DNA of 64,000 nt from a virus. Positions 34,695 to 43,582 of the stretch are shown piece by piece (the first letter of the stretch is position 1; every line of letters begins with the position of its first letter). The position numbers were made by a program, and so were the translations under genes. The stretch is taken from positions 14-64,013 of the IMG/VR virus record IMGVR_UViG_2842363717_000002; one strand, given 5' to 3'. The notes under the pieces were generated by a model. It was not told the DNA's origin and did not search any database. It worked only from the letters and a program-made list of their open reading frames with translations.

Positions 34695-36628
34695 TATGCC
34701 GCCTTTGTGAGTGAAAATTCCGGGTCATCCCAAGGAGAGGCCGCCGGCTTTATCTCGACGATTCCATCAACAGCCGCGCCAACCGCCATCGCCGAAGCTA
34801 CGGCCGGGTCAATGCGCACAGTGCTCTTCTTCTTTGAAAACCACTGATTGCCCATAAGCGGGTCGGTTTCGATCGCCACGCCCATCAGCGCACCCAGCAG
34901 GACCGGCGACTTTCTAAGCCGCACACGCTCCTCCAGGATCAGCGCCTCTAGCGCCGCGACGCTCCCTGGCATCCACAAGCCGAGCGGCGGTTCAAGGCCA
35001 GCGTCTTTTGCTGCTTGAACCTTGTCGTCGTCGGGCTTTGCGCGTTTCTTGCCGCCCTGTGGGTGGGCTACGGTCTTAATGCTGACGCCGTACTCGTCGA
35101 GCTCGGTTTCGAACTTGTCAAAAGCGTAACGGTCGAAAGCCAAAACGCCAATTCCGTGCTCGGTGTTAAGGCGAGCGAATAGAGCAGCAACATGATCATA
35201 TCGTACACGTGCGCCCTCCGGAGCGTTGATGTAGCCGTTGTCCATCCATAGCCGGTAGGGCACATGGTCGATCTTCGACCGCTCATCCATGGTGTCGCGC
35301 GGCGTCCACGCTTCGATCCAAAGATCGAAGGTTGGCAAATCGACTTCCGCGCCGTCCTCTCGCATGACGCGCTTGGTGCCCGTCTCGACGACGAAAGCGG
35401 CCGCGGTCAAATCCTTGGCGCCAGACAAGTCGAGGCCTGCGGCCGTGATCTGTTTGCCCTTGTGTTCGGTGTACGGGTCGAAATCGACCATAACCTTTTC
35501 AAGGATGGGGCGCGGAATCCAGGCTGTGTCGGCTTCCGTCCAGACGCAAAAGTGCAGTCGGAGAATGCCGTTCCGCTTGGATGGGATGTCTTTCGCCTGG
35601 TTGACGACGCCGGCAAGGTAATCGTGCTTGAGCGTAACGCCGAAGAGCGGGTTGGCCTTCTGCCAGCACGTTGGATCCGTGAAAGGATCGTCATCTTTGT
35701 CGAGCGCGCAAACATATGAGAACGTCGTGTCGTCGACCACTTCACCAACGTAGGTGAAGTCATCATCCGGCGTCTGTGTGCCGGCCGCAACCTTGACGGC
35801 GTGCTGGTGTTCATCCCAGCAAATGGAGTTCCGATCGCTGCCAGAGTTCGTAATCATGAACAACAGCGGCTGTCGGCGAAACTTGAAGCCGCGCTCGAGC
35901 ATTTCGATGACCTTGCCATCGGGATGCTCGTGGATCTCGTCGCACAAGGCGATGTAAGGACGTGGACCAGAGTGCGCGCCTTCGCGCGAGATGGGCCTGA
36001 AAAACGACCGCTTCTTGAGGTACGACAGATTCCAGATCGGGTTGCCGCCTGATGGCGTCAGCTTCGACTTAAGCGCCGGCGATTGCTCATACATCGCAAC
36101 CGCGTCGCGAAACAGAACGAACGCCTGATCCTTGTTGGCGGCCGCAGCGTAGATCTCGGCCGCCGCCTCGCCGTCCGATGTCAGGCAATAGTGCCCGATA
36201 CCCGCGGCCAGCGGCGACTTGCCGTTGCCTTTGCCTTCCTCGATGTAGGCGCGTCGAAAGCGTCGCAAGATTGCGCCGTCGGATTCAACTCGCTTCCATC
36301 CGAAGATGGAGCCTATCTTGAACTGCTGAGAAATGTGCGGGTGAAACGGCCGACCTTCGAACTGGCCGCCGTTCAGGCGGAGAACAGCCGGGAAAAACCG
36401 CAGCACGCGATCGGCAGCCTCAGGATCCCAGTGGATGCCGCGCGCCGGGCCATTTAGTCGGTCGTCTCGGTGCCGGCGGCACGCGTTGCGTACGTGCGGC
36501 CCAGCAATGATGGTGCCGTTGATCACGGCCTCTGCGTATTCGTCCACCGGGCCGGTCGGATATGGCGGATTGAAATGCGCTGGAACGCTAGTCGAAGAAC
36601 TCGTCGGCCGGGTCTTTGCTTTCGCCAT
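34694..36628 (-). CDS. terL: terminase large subunit
   Basis: EEGKGNGKS, LCDEIHEH, ITNSG, WQKANP, GLDLS, IDPAVA. Confidence 0.95.
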   Translation of the reverse strand: MAKAKTRPTSSSTSVPAHFNPPYPTGPVDEYAEAVINGTIIAGPHVRNACRRHRDDRLNGPARGIHWDPEAADRVLRFFPAVLRLNGGQFEGRPFHPHISQQFKIGSIFGWKRVESDGAILRRFRRAYIEEGKGNGKSPLAAGIGHYCLTSDGEAAAEIYAAAANKDQAFVLFRDAVAMYEQSPALKSKLTPSGGNPIWNLSYLKKRSFFRPISREGAHSGPRPYIALCDEIHEHPDGKVIEMLERGFKFRRQPLLFMITNSGSDRNSICWDEHQHAVKVAAGTQTPDDDFTYVGEVVDDTTFSYVCALDKDDDPFTDPTCWQKANPLFGVTLKHDYLAGVVNQAKDIPSKRNGILRLHFCVWTEADTAWIPRPILEKVMVDFDPYTEHKGKQITAAGLDLSGAKDLTAAAFVVETGTKRVMREDGAEVDLPTFDLWIEAWTPRDTMDERSKIDHVPYRLWMDNGYINAPEGARVRYDHVAALFARLNTEHGIGVLAFDRYAFDKFETELDEYGVSIKTVAHPQGGKKRAKPDDDKVQAAKDAGLEPPLGLWMPGSVAALEALILEERVRLRKSPVLLGALMGVAIETDPLMGNQWFSKKKSTVRIDPAVASAMAVGAAVDGIVEIKPAASPWDDPEFSLTKAA

Positions 36629-36983
36629 CAGGTTTTGCCCCAGCCTTCGAAGCGTCTGCAGGCGTCGCACCCATCTGGCCAAGGCATTGCCTAAGCAAAT
36701 TCATTGCCTGCACGCCGCAGTCCTGACCGGCGATCATGCGTCCCAAAATGTTGCTTGCCGTGGCCACCAAAATCCGGTGACTGCTGTTGAGCCAAGGGAT
36801 GTCGATGCGTAGCGTTTGCCACGCCTCCCTGGCCTTGTTCGTATCGGTGTCTTTAATCCAGTCGGGCGGATCGCCGAGATCGTCGGCCACAGTGGGCTCG
36901 TTGCGTTCTTCGAATTTCTTGCGTCTGACCGATGCCTGGCCAGTTACCTCGGCCTTAGCCTTTGGCGTCCTCGGCCTTGCCAT
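36588..36983 (-). CDS. terS: terminase small subunit (P27-like)
   Basis: MARPRTPK...GRKKF-like N-terminus, P.W.., GATPADASK; directly upstream of terL. Confidence 0.8.
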   Translation of the reverse strand: MARPRTPKAKAEVTGQASVRRKKFEERNEPTVADDLGDPPDWIKDTDTNKAREAWQTLRIDIPWLNSSHRILVATASNILGRMIAGQDCGVQAMNLLRQCLGQMGATPADASKAGAKPDGESKDPADEFFD

Positions 36984-36994
36984 AGCTATAATCC

Positions 36995-37007
36995 TTGACA
37001 AATTTGT
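36995..37007 (+). promoter_or_regulatory. TTGACAAATTTGT motif (copy 3), 12 bp upstream of the terS start
   Basis: Palindrome ACAAATTTGT at 36998-37007. Confidence 0.6.
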
Positions 37008-37084
37008 TGAGACGCGGTGACGTCTCTGAATCATTCAGGCGTAGAGTCCTTGCTCCGCCACAATCCCCAAAGACCCCATCATTT

Positions 37085-37165
37085 GAATTGGAAAAATGTG
37101 CACGAATGGCCCACGCCGGTCCCTAGGCCGCGCAGCCCCAGAGATCCGACCCGCCCCTCCCAGGG
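37085..37165. other. probable cos packaging region
   Basis: Non-coding gap between HNH and terS, the usual cos location in HK97-like phages; exact cut site not determinable. Confidence 0.35.
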
Positions 37166-37255
37166 CAACCTTTCATTATATCATTCATCGCCGCACCTGT
37201 CAACAACAAAATGCAATTAAATCACTTATTTATGTCGGTTTCTTCATTCATTTTG

Positions 37256-37615
37256 TTAGATCGGCCATCCATCCGGACCGTACCGAACTACCGTCTTGCC
37301 GTTGTCCTCTAGCTGGCCGCGAGAGGCGTGGCATGGCTTGCATGTGCTGAGGAATGGACCGAACCAAAAGATTTCTTCCGATCCGCGATGCGGAACAGCG
37401 TGGTGCACCTCCGTCGCCTCGGTCACCACGTCTTGCTCCATGCACCATTGGCACAGCGGATGGGTGGCTAGCTGGTGCATGCGAAGGCGCTGCCACCGTG
37501 CGGACTTGTAGAGCCGTCGATAGAGCGCAGCCTCTTCCGAGCGCGCATCGGACTTGGTTGCAGGGGTCGGACTTGAACCGACGGCCTTCAGGTTATGAGC
37601 CTGACGAGCTACCAT
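37256..37615 (-). CDS. terminase-associated HNH endonuclease (start uncertain)
   Basis: YKSARWQRLR..HPLCQWC..EVHH..CKPCH; only in-frame ATGs are 37615 (inside tRNA-fMet) and 37480. Confidence 0.8.
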   Translation of the reverse strand: MVARQAHNLKAVGSSPTPATKSDARSEEAALYRRLYKSARWQRLRMHQLATHPLCQWCMEQDVVTEATEVHHAVPHRGSEEIFWFGPFLSTCKPCHASRGQLEDNGKTVVRYGPDGWPI

Positions 37616-37631
37616 GCTGCTCTACCCTGCT
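37555..37631 (-). tRNA. tRNA-Met(CAU), initiator-like
   Basis: AGCAGGGTAGAGCAGCATGGTAGCTCGTCAGGCTCATAACCTGAAGGCCGTCGGTTCAAGTCCGACCCCTGCAACCA; 1:72 mismatch and GAGCAGC/GCTC D arm as in fMet. Confidence 0.9.
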
Positions 37632-37635
37632 TGAT

Positions 37636-37712
37636 TGGTCTGAATGGCAGGGTTCGAACCTGCGACCCCGTGAGCCCAAGTCACGTGCGCTACCAGTCTG
37701 CGCTACATTCAG
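37636..37712 (-). tRNA. tRNA-Pro(UGG)
   Basis: CTGAATG acceptor, CGTGA-CTTGGGC-TCACG anticodon arm, GGTTCGAACCC T arm, encoded CCA. Confidence 0.9.
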
Positions 37713-37714
37713 AT

Positions 37715-38125
37715 GAAACCGAAAGCGGCCGCTCAACCAATTAAGGGAGCAGCCGCAGGGATCGCCTGTCGCCGAGGAGGAAGCGCCAGGCAATGAATGC
37801 CGCCAAGGTCCGCAATGCGGCGCGTCAAGGCAGGCAATAGATGGGGATGGCAACGTGCACCACGTTGGGGCGTTAAGCGCTGCCGTTATCCATCCCCGAC
37901 GAACACTGGTTTACAACGCCAGCCTCGCAGATGAAGTTGATGTGGGCATATCGCCGATCGGCAGCGGTTCGCGCTACCGCTGCAACACATCAATAGTTAC
38001 CCAAAGCTCAGCGGCTGCAACGCAGTGCAGCATGGCGATGGGTCCGTCGCTAAGCGCACGGAGCGGTGTGGGGCGCCGCAACTACGTTGCGCTACCCCTT
38101 CGCTCTACTCTCCCCGAGAGTGGAG
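37715..38125 (-). ncRNA. putative structured leader/ncRNA upstream of the tRNAs
   Basis: Chain of nested hairpins with no credible ORF (see findings). Confidence 0.4.
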
Positions 38126-38129
38126 AAAG

Positions 38130-39110
38130 TCAGATTTCCATCGAACAATTTGCAGTCCTTGCCAAATAAAGTGCATCAGCAAGATTATCGTTGGCTGCAA
38201 CCAGCAAACGCTTGCCGGCTTCGATGGCGTACTGACCTTTGAAGCCTCTGGCCTCTCCGATCTGCTTTAGGCTGCTGGACTTAACCGCAAGCGTGAGGAT
38301 TTTGAAATGTTCGTCAGCCATCTTGCCGACGGCGCTAAGCCATTCCTGGCGCTCCTCGCGCTGGCTAACGATATCCTGCCACATAACAGAACCGCCGCCT
38401 GCACAGGTTGTCTTCTGCATGCCGAGGAAACTGTCAGCAATCTTAGCTGAGCCGCACGGCAGACCGTCTGGGCACTTGGTGAATGTGACCTTGCTCATGT
38501 CTGTGTTGGCGTATGCCTTTGCCAGTTCAGCCTTGGCCTCGTCGTGATTGATCTTGATGCGCTCGCCTTTATGGCGTCTACCTGTGATGTAGCGCGGCTT
38601 CCTGGTTCCAAGCATCACGGCGAAATATTCGTTACTGTCCGAGACCTCTTGTGGGTTCTCGTCGCCGCCCAATGCTACATCCACCTTGTCGCGGCAGCGA
38701 AGCATGGCCCCTGTTGGCATGCGGGCCGAATATCCCTCAAGCTTGCCGTCAATTGTGAAGCGAAACGCTTTTTCCGTCTGCGTGCCGTCGCTGAACCGGA
38801 TCCGTCCGATCCTGATGACCGGACCGTTGACGATGTGAGTTTTGTGCTCAATACCGTCATACGTCGACATTTCCGTCGTTGCTTCGCTGCGCTCGATTTC
38901 GCCAGTTTTTACGTTCTTCATGATCTCGGCGACCGATGGAGTGACCAAGCGCTTGCGATCATGCTTAAGGTCAGAGACCTCTTCGGGATCGTTGTCATTT
39001 GCGGCAACAACGGTCCAATTCGTTTTTATAGGCTCCGGATCGTGATCCTTTGCCAATACGTATGAACGAAGCGTATCAAGCTGCTCCGCCAGTGATCCGT
39101 GTCTTGCCAT
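38130..39110 (-). CDS. phage protein, candidate late transcription regulator
   Basis: Last early gene before the late region; C-terminal HTH-like SSLKQIGEARG; motif promoter upstream. Confidence 0.5.
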   Translation of the reverse strand: MARHGSLAEQLDTLRSYVLAKDHDPEPIKTNWTVVAANDNDPEEVSDLKHDRKRLVTPSVAEIMKNVKTGEIERSEATTEMSTYDGIEHKTHIVNGPVIRIGRIRFSDGTQTEKAFRFTIDGKLEGYSARMPTGAMLRCRDKVDVALGGDENPQEVSDSNEYFAVMLGTRKPRYITGRRHKGERIKINHDEAKAELAKAYANTDMSKVTFTKCPDGLPCGSAKIADSFLGMQKTTCAGGGSVMWQDIVSQREERQEWLSAVGKMADEHFKILTLAVKSSSLKQIGEARGFKGQYAIEAGKRLLVAANDNLADALYLARTANCSMEI

Positions 39111-39164
39111 AGTCGTCTCCCGCATGTGGTGGTAACTACAATATGGGGCCAACCTACAAAAATA

Positions 39165-39177
39165 ACAAATTTGTCAA
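39165..39177 (-). promoter_or_regulatory. TTGACAAATTTGT motif (copy 4)
   Basis: Upstream of 38130-39110. Confidence 0.65.
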
Positions 39178-39416
39178 ACGCCGCAGGCGCGCTTTGTGGC
39201 TTGCTGTGTCGTCCGCAAATAGACGCGCAGGCCGTTGATCGTCGGCTGCGAGACATTGGCGCGCTCTGCGTCGTCCAGCGCCTGCCATGCGTATGCCTCG
39301 ATGTAACGCGACAGCGTGCAGTCCTTGCTGACAACGGCCTGCGCATTGGCAGGCGTGGTAAGGGCGGCTACGGCAAAAGTCGCGGCGATGGCGGATGCAA
39401 GAGCAATTGATTTCAT
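39174..39416 (-). CDS. small secreted protein
   Basis: Signal peptide ending ANA-Q; GAGGAGAC RBS. Confidence 0.65.
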   Translation of the reverse strand: MKSIALASAIAATFAVAALTTPANAQAVVSKDCTLSRYIEAYAWQALDDAERANVSQPTINGLRVYLRTTQQATKRACGV

Positions 39417-39468
39417 GACTGTCTCCTCTTCGTGGTGATGGTTGCGATGGTGCTAATTTAACAAACTC

Positions 39469-39482
39469 TACAAATTTGTCAA
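39469..39482 (-). promoter_or_regulatory. TTGACAAATTTGTA motif (copy 5)
   Basis: TTGACA-N16-TAAATT upstream of 39416. Confidence 0.65.
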
Positions 39483-39503
39483 GAAGCCGATAAACAAAAA
39501 AAT

Positions 39504-39540
39504 ACGTATTACGTGCAAATATCCCTTGCACGTAATACGT
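39504..39540. promoter_or_regulatory. perfect 15-bp inverted repeat operator
   Basis: ACGTATTACGTGCAA-N7-TTGCACGTAATACGT. Confidence 0.7.
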
Positions 39541-39599
39541 GGTTATGCGACAACGATCTTACCGAAGCAATCCCGCTTCGGCAGGACTAGGAGGCCACC

Positions 39600-39668
39600 A
39601 TGAGCGTTAAGCTCACCTTCCAAGTCCGGTTCGGCAAGTGGAGACTGACAATCTCCATTAGCCGATAA
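39600..39668 (+). CDS. 22-aa peptide MSVKLTFQVRFGKWRLTISISR
   Basis: AGGAGG RBS; flanked by hairpins; not in the ORF track. Confidence 0.6.
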   Translation: MSVKLTFQVRFGKWRLTISISR

Positions 39669-39734
39669 CTGGGGGCCGGAGGGGTAGCAGCCTCTCCGGT
39701 TCCCAAGATATAGCAAAACAAGGGGCCGCTTTCA

Positions 39735-40160
39735 ATGTTCGATCTCAAGGCTCAAAGGCTGAGCCTCAACCTCACGCAGCAGGAAATGGCGCTGGCCATG
39801 GGAATGCCGCTGCGAAGCTATCAGGACATCGAGTCCGGCAAGAACCCCGTTCGGCCCGTTCATGAGGCGGCGGCCAACTATGCGGCCTACGTCATTCGCA
39901 CCAAGGCCCGAGTGAAGGGAACGAAGCCGCCGCATTTCTTCATCGTCCGGTTCAAGTCGCACGAAGGCGAATGGTCACATACTTGGTCAGTCTATGCCGA
40001 AGACTTCGCCGACGCCGTCGAGAGGTTTTACAATTTGGCTCGTGTTGACAGGACGGCAGAGATCCAAATCAAAGGCGCCTTGAATGGCTTCATACCAAAC
40101 CACTCGGTCAATCACGCCGAGGCGGTGCTAGAGCACCGCGATGTGCCTTGGCCGGACTGA
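39735..40160 (+). CDS. XRE-family HTH regulator (moron)
   Basis: LNLTQQEMALAMGMPLRSYQDIESG. Confidence 0.85.
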   Translation: MFDLKAQRLSLNLTQQEMALAMGMPLRSYQDIESGKNPVRPVHEAAANYAAYVIRTKARVKGTKPPHFFIVRFKSHEGEWSHTWSVYAEDFADAVERFYNLARVDRTAEIQIKGALNGFIPNHSVNHAEAVLEHRDVPWPD

Positions 40161-40660
40161 TTGTCGTTCTCGGCCAGCCAGCCGCGCACTAGCGCCACGG
40201 CTTGCCGTGCCGCGTCTCCTTCTGTCTCCGCCCTGATCACCGCCTGCCATGCGAAGCCCAAGGCAGCCAGCAGAGCATGCCGCTCACGCTGGTCTTTGCT
40301 GACGGGCGTCTTAGCGGCCTTGAACTCGATCAAGCCAAGGCGGCCGCCGGCTATATATAGCCGAAGGTCATGCTCGCCGGCAGCAAGCCCCGTAGCCTTC
40401 GCCTTGACCTGCTCACGCATCGATCTGCGTGCCGCATTGAAGTCTCCTGCCAGGGTGAACTTGCCGGCGGCGGCGTGTTCGACGTCGGCTGCATATTCCG
40501 GCACGCCACGAAGAGCGCGCACCGCTGCAGCCTGCAAGACCCACTCCTCGATCGCCGCAGGGGCAACCGTCACCTTGCCGCTAGCGGAGGTCTTGATGAC
40601 GACGCGGGCGCCGTTGATTCTGGTTGTTTGCTGGGTGGACTTGGATTTTTCGTTTTTCAC
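40112..40660 (-). CDS. VRR-NUC domain nuclease
   Basis: G..AGEHDL...LIEFKA.K..VSKDQ. Confidence 0.75.
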   Translation of the reverse strand: MKNEKSKSTQQTTRINGARVVIKTSASGKVTVAPAAIEEWVLQAAAVRALRGVPEYAADVEHAAAGKFTLAGDFNAARRSMREQVKAKATGLAAGEHDLRLYIAGGRLGLIEFKAAKTPVSKDQRERHALLAALGFAWQAVIRAETEGDAARQAVALVRGWLAENDNQSGQGTSRCSSTASA

Positions 40661-40680
40661 GTTTTTTTACCCTCGAAGCC

Positions 40681-40780
40681 CATACACACCATACATACTG
40701 TAGAAGTATGTATGTGTATGTATGGATGGAAGCTTGTTAAATTGTATGTCTTGTATGGCTGTATGTATGGCTTGTATGGA
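40681..40780. repeat. GTATG/CATAC repeat cluster, candidate replication origin
   Basis: 9 GTATG and 3 CATAC copies in 100 bp right after the primase-helicase gene. Confidence 0.5.
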
Positions 40781-40787
40781 TATTAGA

Positions 40788-42929
40788 TTATTCTAATAAA
40801 TAGACCCACTCTCCGACTTCGGCTATTTTCCTCGTTTCCAGTAGGGTGTCCTTTGATCTCTTGAACTGCGCCTGCATCGTTCCCTGCTTGGTTCCTGATG
40901 GGCTTTTGGCATAGCAAGCCATCCGCCAGTCAGCTGTCTTCATGATCATGATATCTTCGGGATAGTATGGCGCACCTGGCGACTCGGTGCCGCTCGATGC
41001 CAGCAATTCTGAGAGGACGGCAAGCGCTGCATTTGCCTGTTTGGATATAGCTTTTTTCACCATGGCCGACCCATCTGGCTCACCATCCGCAGGCACCACT
41101 ACAGGCGCCGTAGTTGGCTCCCCGTCTTCGTCCTGCCCGATGTCAACGGATTGCATGGTGAAGGCTAACACGTCGCCCTCCTCGCCATCGTTGGTGCCAT
41201 CGCATACAAGTCGATGCTTGTTGCCATCCTTCTTCACCATGAACGAGGCGTCGACAGCGCCATCAAGGTCGATGGCGCCCTTCCCTCGCTCGCCGCTCCA
41301 TGCGCTGTGATGGATCGCCGTCACATGCGCCTTTGTTTCCGCCAGGATGTGATCGCAAGACTGCACAAACCTGGTCATGTCCTTGCTGGCGTTTTGGTCG
41401 CCGGCACCGAACACACGAGTAAGGGTATCGATGATAACCCAGACGCAAGGCATGCCTGTGATGGTTTCGGCCTCGCGGATCGCCGCTATCAGGTCGTTGG
41501 CGTCCTTCAAGTCCTTGGTGAAGTCCAGCCGTCCACCGACCACGAGAAGCGGCACATTCTGCACTTCATGATGCTTGCGGAACGCCATCATGCGCCGCTC
41601 CGTCAACTTTTTGCGCTCGGCGGCAACATAGATCACCAGCCCTTGCTTCACCTTCTTTCCATGCCAATCCATGCCCGCCGCGATGTGGCAAGCAAGATCA
41701 GTCGTCACCACGCTCTTGCCTGTGCCAGGCAGGCCTGAGATTGTCGTGAACTCACCAACACCAAGCCATCCCTTCAGGATGGTCTCCTTCGGCTTGCCTT
41801 CTTCGATTTCGTCGAACCATGTCAGTTCGAATCGCTCTTTCTTGCGTGGAGCTGCCGGCGCCCGTTCGGCGGTCGGTGGCTCGCTGATGGCGTCCATTGC
41901 CGCGGCGGCCTTGGCCAGCTTGTTCGCCACCATGCGCTCTGTGTCGATGGATGGCGTATTGTCATTATCGAATTCGCGGTCAGGTATCTGGCGAGGCGAA
42001 TTTGCCGTCTTGTCGAGTCCGCGCTTGATTTTATCCATGCACTTTCGCTCGCCGTCCGTGCCGACGAGGCCATTGGCTCGAGCAGCATCGATCAGACCGG
42101 CTTCGGCGTCTGCGCGGGATATGTGGCCGCCCGCTACCAATTCACCAATGGAGCACGCACTGGAAAACAGTTGCTGGCCGCGTTGCCCCTTGGGTGAACT
42201 GGACAGTTTGTCGAGCTCCATCTCCATGGCGCGCGAGGCGTACCTAACCGCCCCTGTGTTTGTTTCTGGCTGATAGGTGTATTCGCGCGGCTGAGTTGGG
42301 GCAGGTGCCGTGGTCTTTGGCAGCACAAGGTCTAGAAGCCATGCGGGAGCATCTGCGAATTCAGGCATATCCTGGCTGTGGTGGTCAATCCACTCGTAGC
42401 GCCGGCCGTCTGCCATGACGCTGCCGGGTCCGACGATGTATCCAGCTTCCCCTCGAGTGTCCACGCCTGGCGCTATAGCGGCTCTGTTTCTCACGCCATC
42501 AACATGCTTGAAGAAGATGTGCGTGCCGCCGTTGGCCGTCATGGCGCGGGCAGTATGTGGCAATGGGCCGTGGATCGCCTCCATTTCTGCCAGCCACGTG
42601 TGCCCGTCGCGGTCGCCGTGCCTGTCCAGGTCGAGCACCCAGCCGCCTAATTTTTCACCCGTCGGGATGCCAATGACGGCGTTAGGATGACGATCGCCAA
42701 ACCAGATATCAATGATGCGTCGTGACGTGGTCGCATCTTTCAGGCCATACGTCGTGTACGGCGCCTTCTCGGCGAATTCGATGAGCTCGCCAGTGGAGTA
42801 ATCAACGCCTTCGCTGACTTGCTCCCTGCACGGAAAAACGGCAATGCCCGCTGCAATATATGAGCGGGCGATATCAACTGGCGCCCTGTCTGTCGAGGTG
42901 GGCGGGACTTTGAAGTCTAGTTTGGCCAT
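40788..42929 (-). CDS. bifunctional primase-polymerase fused to AAA_25 helicase
   Basis: IAVFPC, VLDLD, TANGGTHIFF, DTRG..GYIV; GLPGTGKS, IIDTL, IHHS. Confidence 0.9.
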   Translation of the reverse strand: MAKLDFKVPPTSTDRAPVDIARSYIAAGIAVFPCREQVSEGVDYSTGELIEFAEKAPYTTYGLKDATTSRRIIDIWFGDRHPNAVIGIPTGEKLGGWVLDLDRHGDRDGHTWLAEMEAIHGPLPHTARAMTANGGTHIFFKHVDGVRNRAAIAPGVDTRGEAGYIVGPGSVMADGRRYEWIDHHSQDMPEFADAPAWLLDLVLPKTTAPAPTQPREYTYQPETNTGAVRYASRAMEMELDKLSSSPKGQRGQQLFSSACSIGELVAGGHISRADAEAGLIDAARANGLVGTDGERKCMDKIKRGLDKTANSPRQIPDREFDNDNTPSIDTERMVANKLAKAAAAMDAISEPPTAERAPAAPRKKERFELTWFDEIEEGKPKETILKGWLGVGEFTTISGLPGTGKSVVTTDLACHIAAGMDWHGKKVKQGLVIYVAAERKKLTERRMMAFRKHHEVQNVPLLVVGGRLDFTKDLKDANDLIAAIREAETITGMPCVWVIIDTLTRVFGAGDQNASKDMTRFVQSCDHILAETKAHVTAIHHSAWSGERGKGAIDLDGAVDASFMVKKDGNKHRLVCDGTNDGEEGDVLAFTMQSVDIGQDEDGEPTTAPVVVPADGEPDGSAMVKKAISKQANAALAVLSELLASSGTESPGAPYYPEDIMIMKTADWRMACYAKSPSGTKQGTMQAQFKRSKDTLLETRKIAEVGEWVYLLE

Positions 42930-43492
42930 TAGGCGCTCCTTATGGCTGAAGAAATATAGTCGATTGCGTCAGTTGGCAGGATGGAGAACCATTCCCCGTT
43001 CAGTCGCCTGGATGCAAAATGCTCGTGCGCTTGCCGTTCGACTGATATTGCTGCGTTGGTTTGGATGGCCGCGTCCAAAGTCAGCTTATGCGGGCTCGAC
43101 GTCGATAATTGAGCAAGACGCTTTTGCGGAGAATTCGCTATCCCGATCTTGCATAGCGGGCTGGACGAATCCAAACACGAAATGACGTAGACGTATCGCA
43201 AAGACAACCGGATCGGCTTCAAAGTGGAAATGTGAGCAATTCTATCCCATGCCCACCTCGCTATCCGCTTGCCGCTGCTGGTGTGGATTTCAGAACGATC
43301 TAAAGCGCCTAATTCGCCAAGCAGATAAGATATCGCGCACCGGCCCTCCTCGCTGTCGTTCAGTACCAGTTGAAGCGTCTGTCCTCCGTCGACTGCCCGA
43401 ATCGTCAAGGCGCCATCACTTTCGGACGCTCCAGTGATGCATGCCTGCAAGACAGGCTCGCTGGGTTTCTTTGTGGGCATTTTTCTCCTCAA
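42929..43492 (-). CDS. GIY-YIG (T5orf172-like) domain protein
   Basis: YVYVI..CKIGIANSPQKRLAQL..SSP..ERQAH..RLNGEWF. Confidence 0.8.
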   Translation of the reverse strand: MRRKMPTKKPSEPVLQACITGASESDGALTIRAVDGGQTLQLVLNDSEEGRCAISYLLGELGALDRSEIHTSSGKRIARWAWDRIAHISTLKPIRLSLRYVYVISCLDSSSPLCKIGIANSPQKRLAQLSTSSPHKLTLDAAIQTNAAISVERQAHEHFASRRLNGEWFSILPTDAIDYISSAIRSA

Positions 43493-43582
43493 TGTGGTTC
43501 GTGGCCTTGCGCTGGTGAAGCGCCCCGCCTATCTTCGGAATTGCAGATGCCGAATCGATAGCCGCCCAGGAGGCGGAGAACT

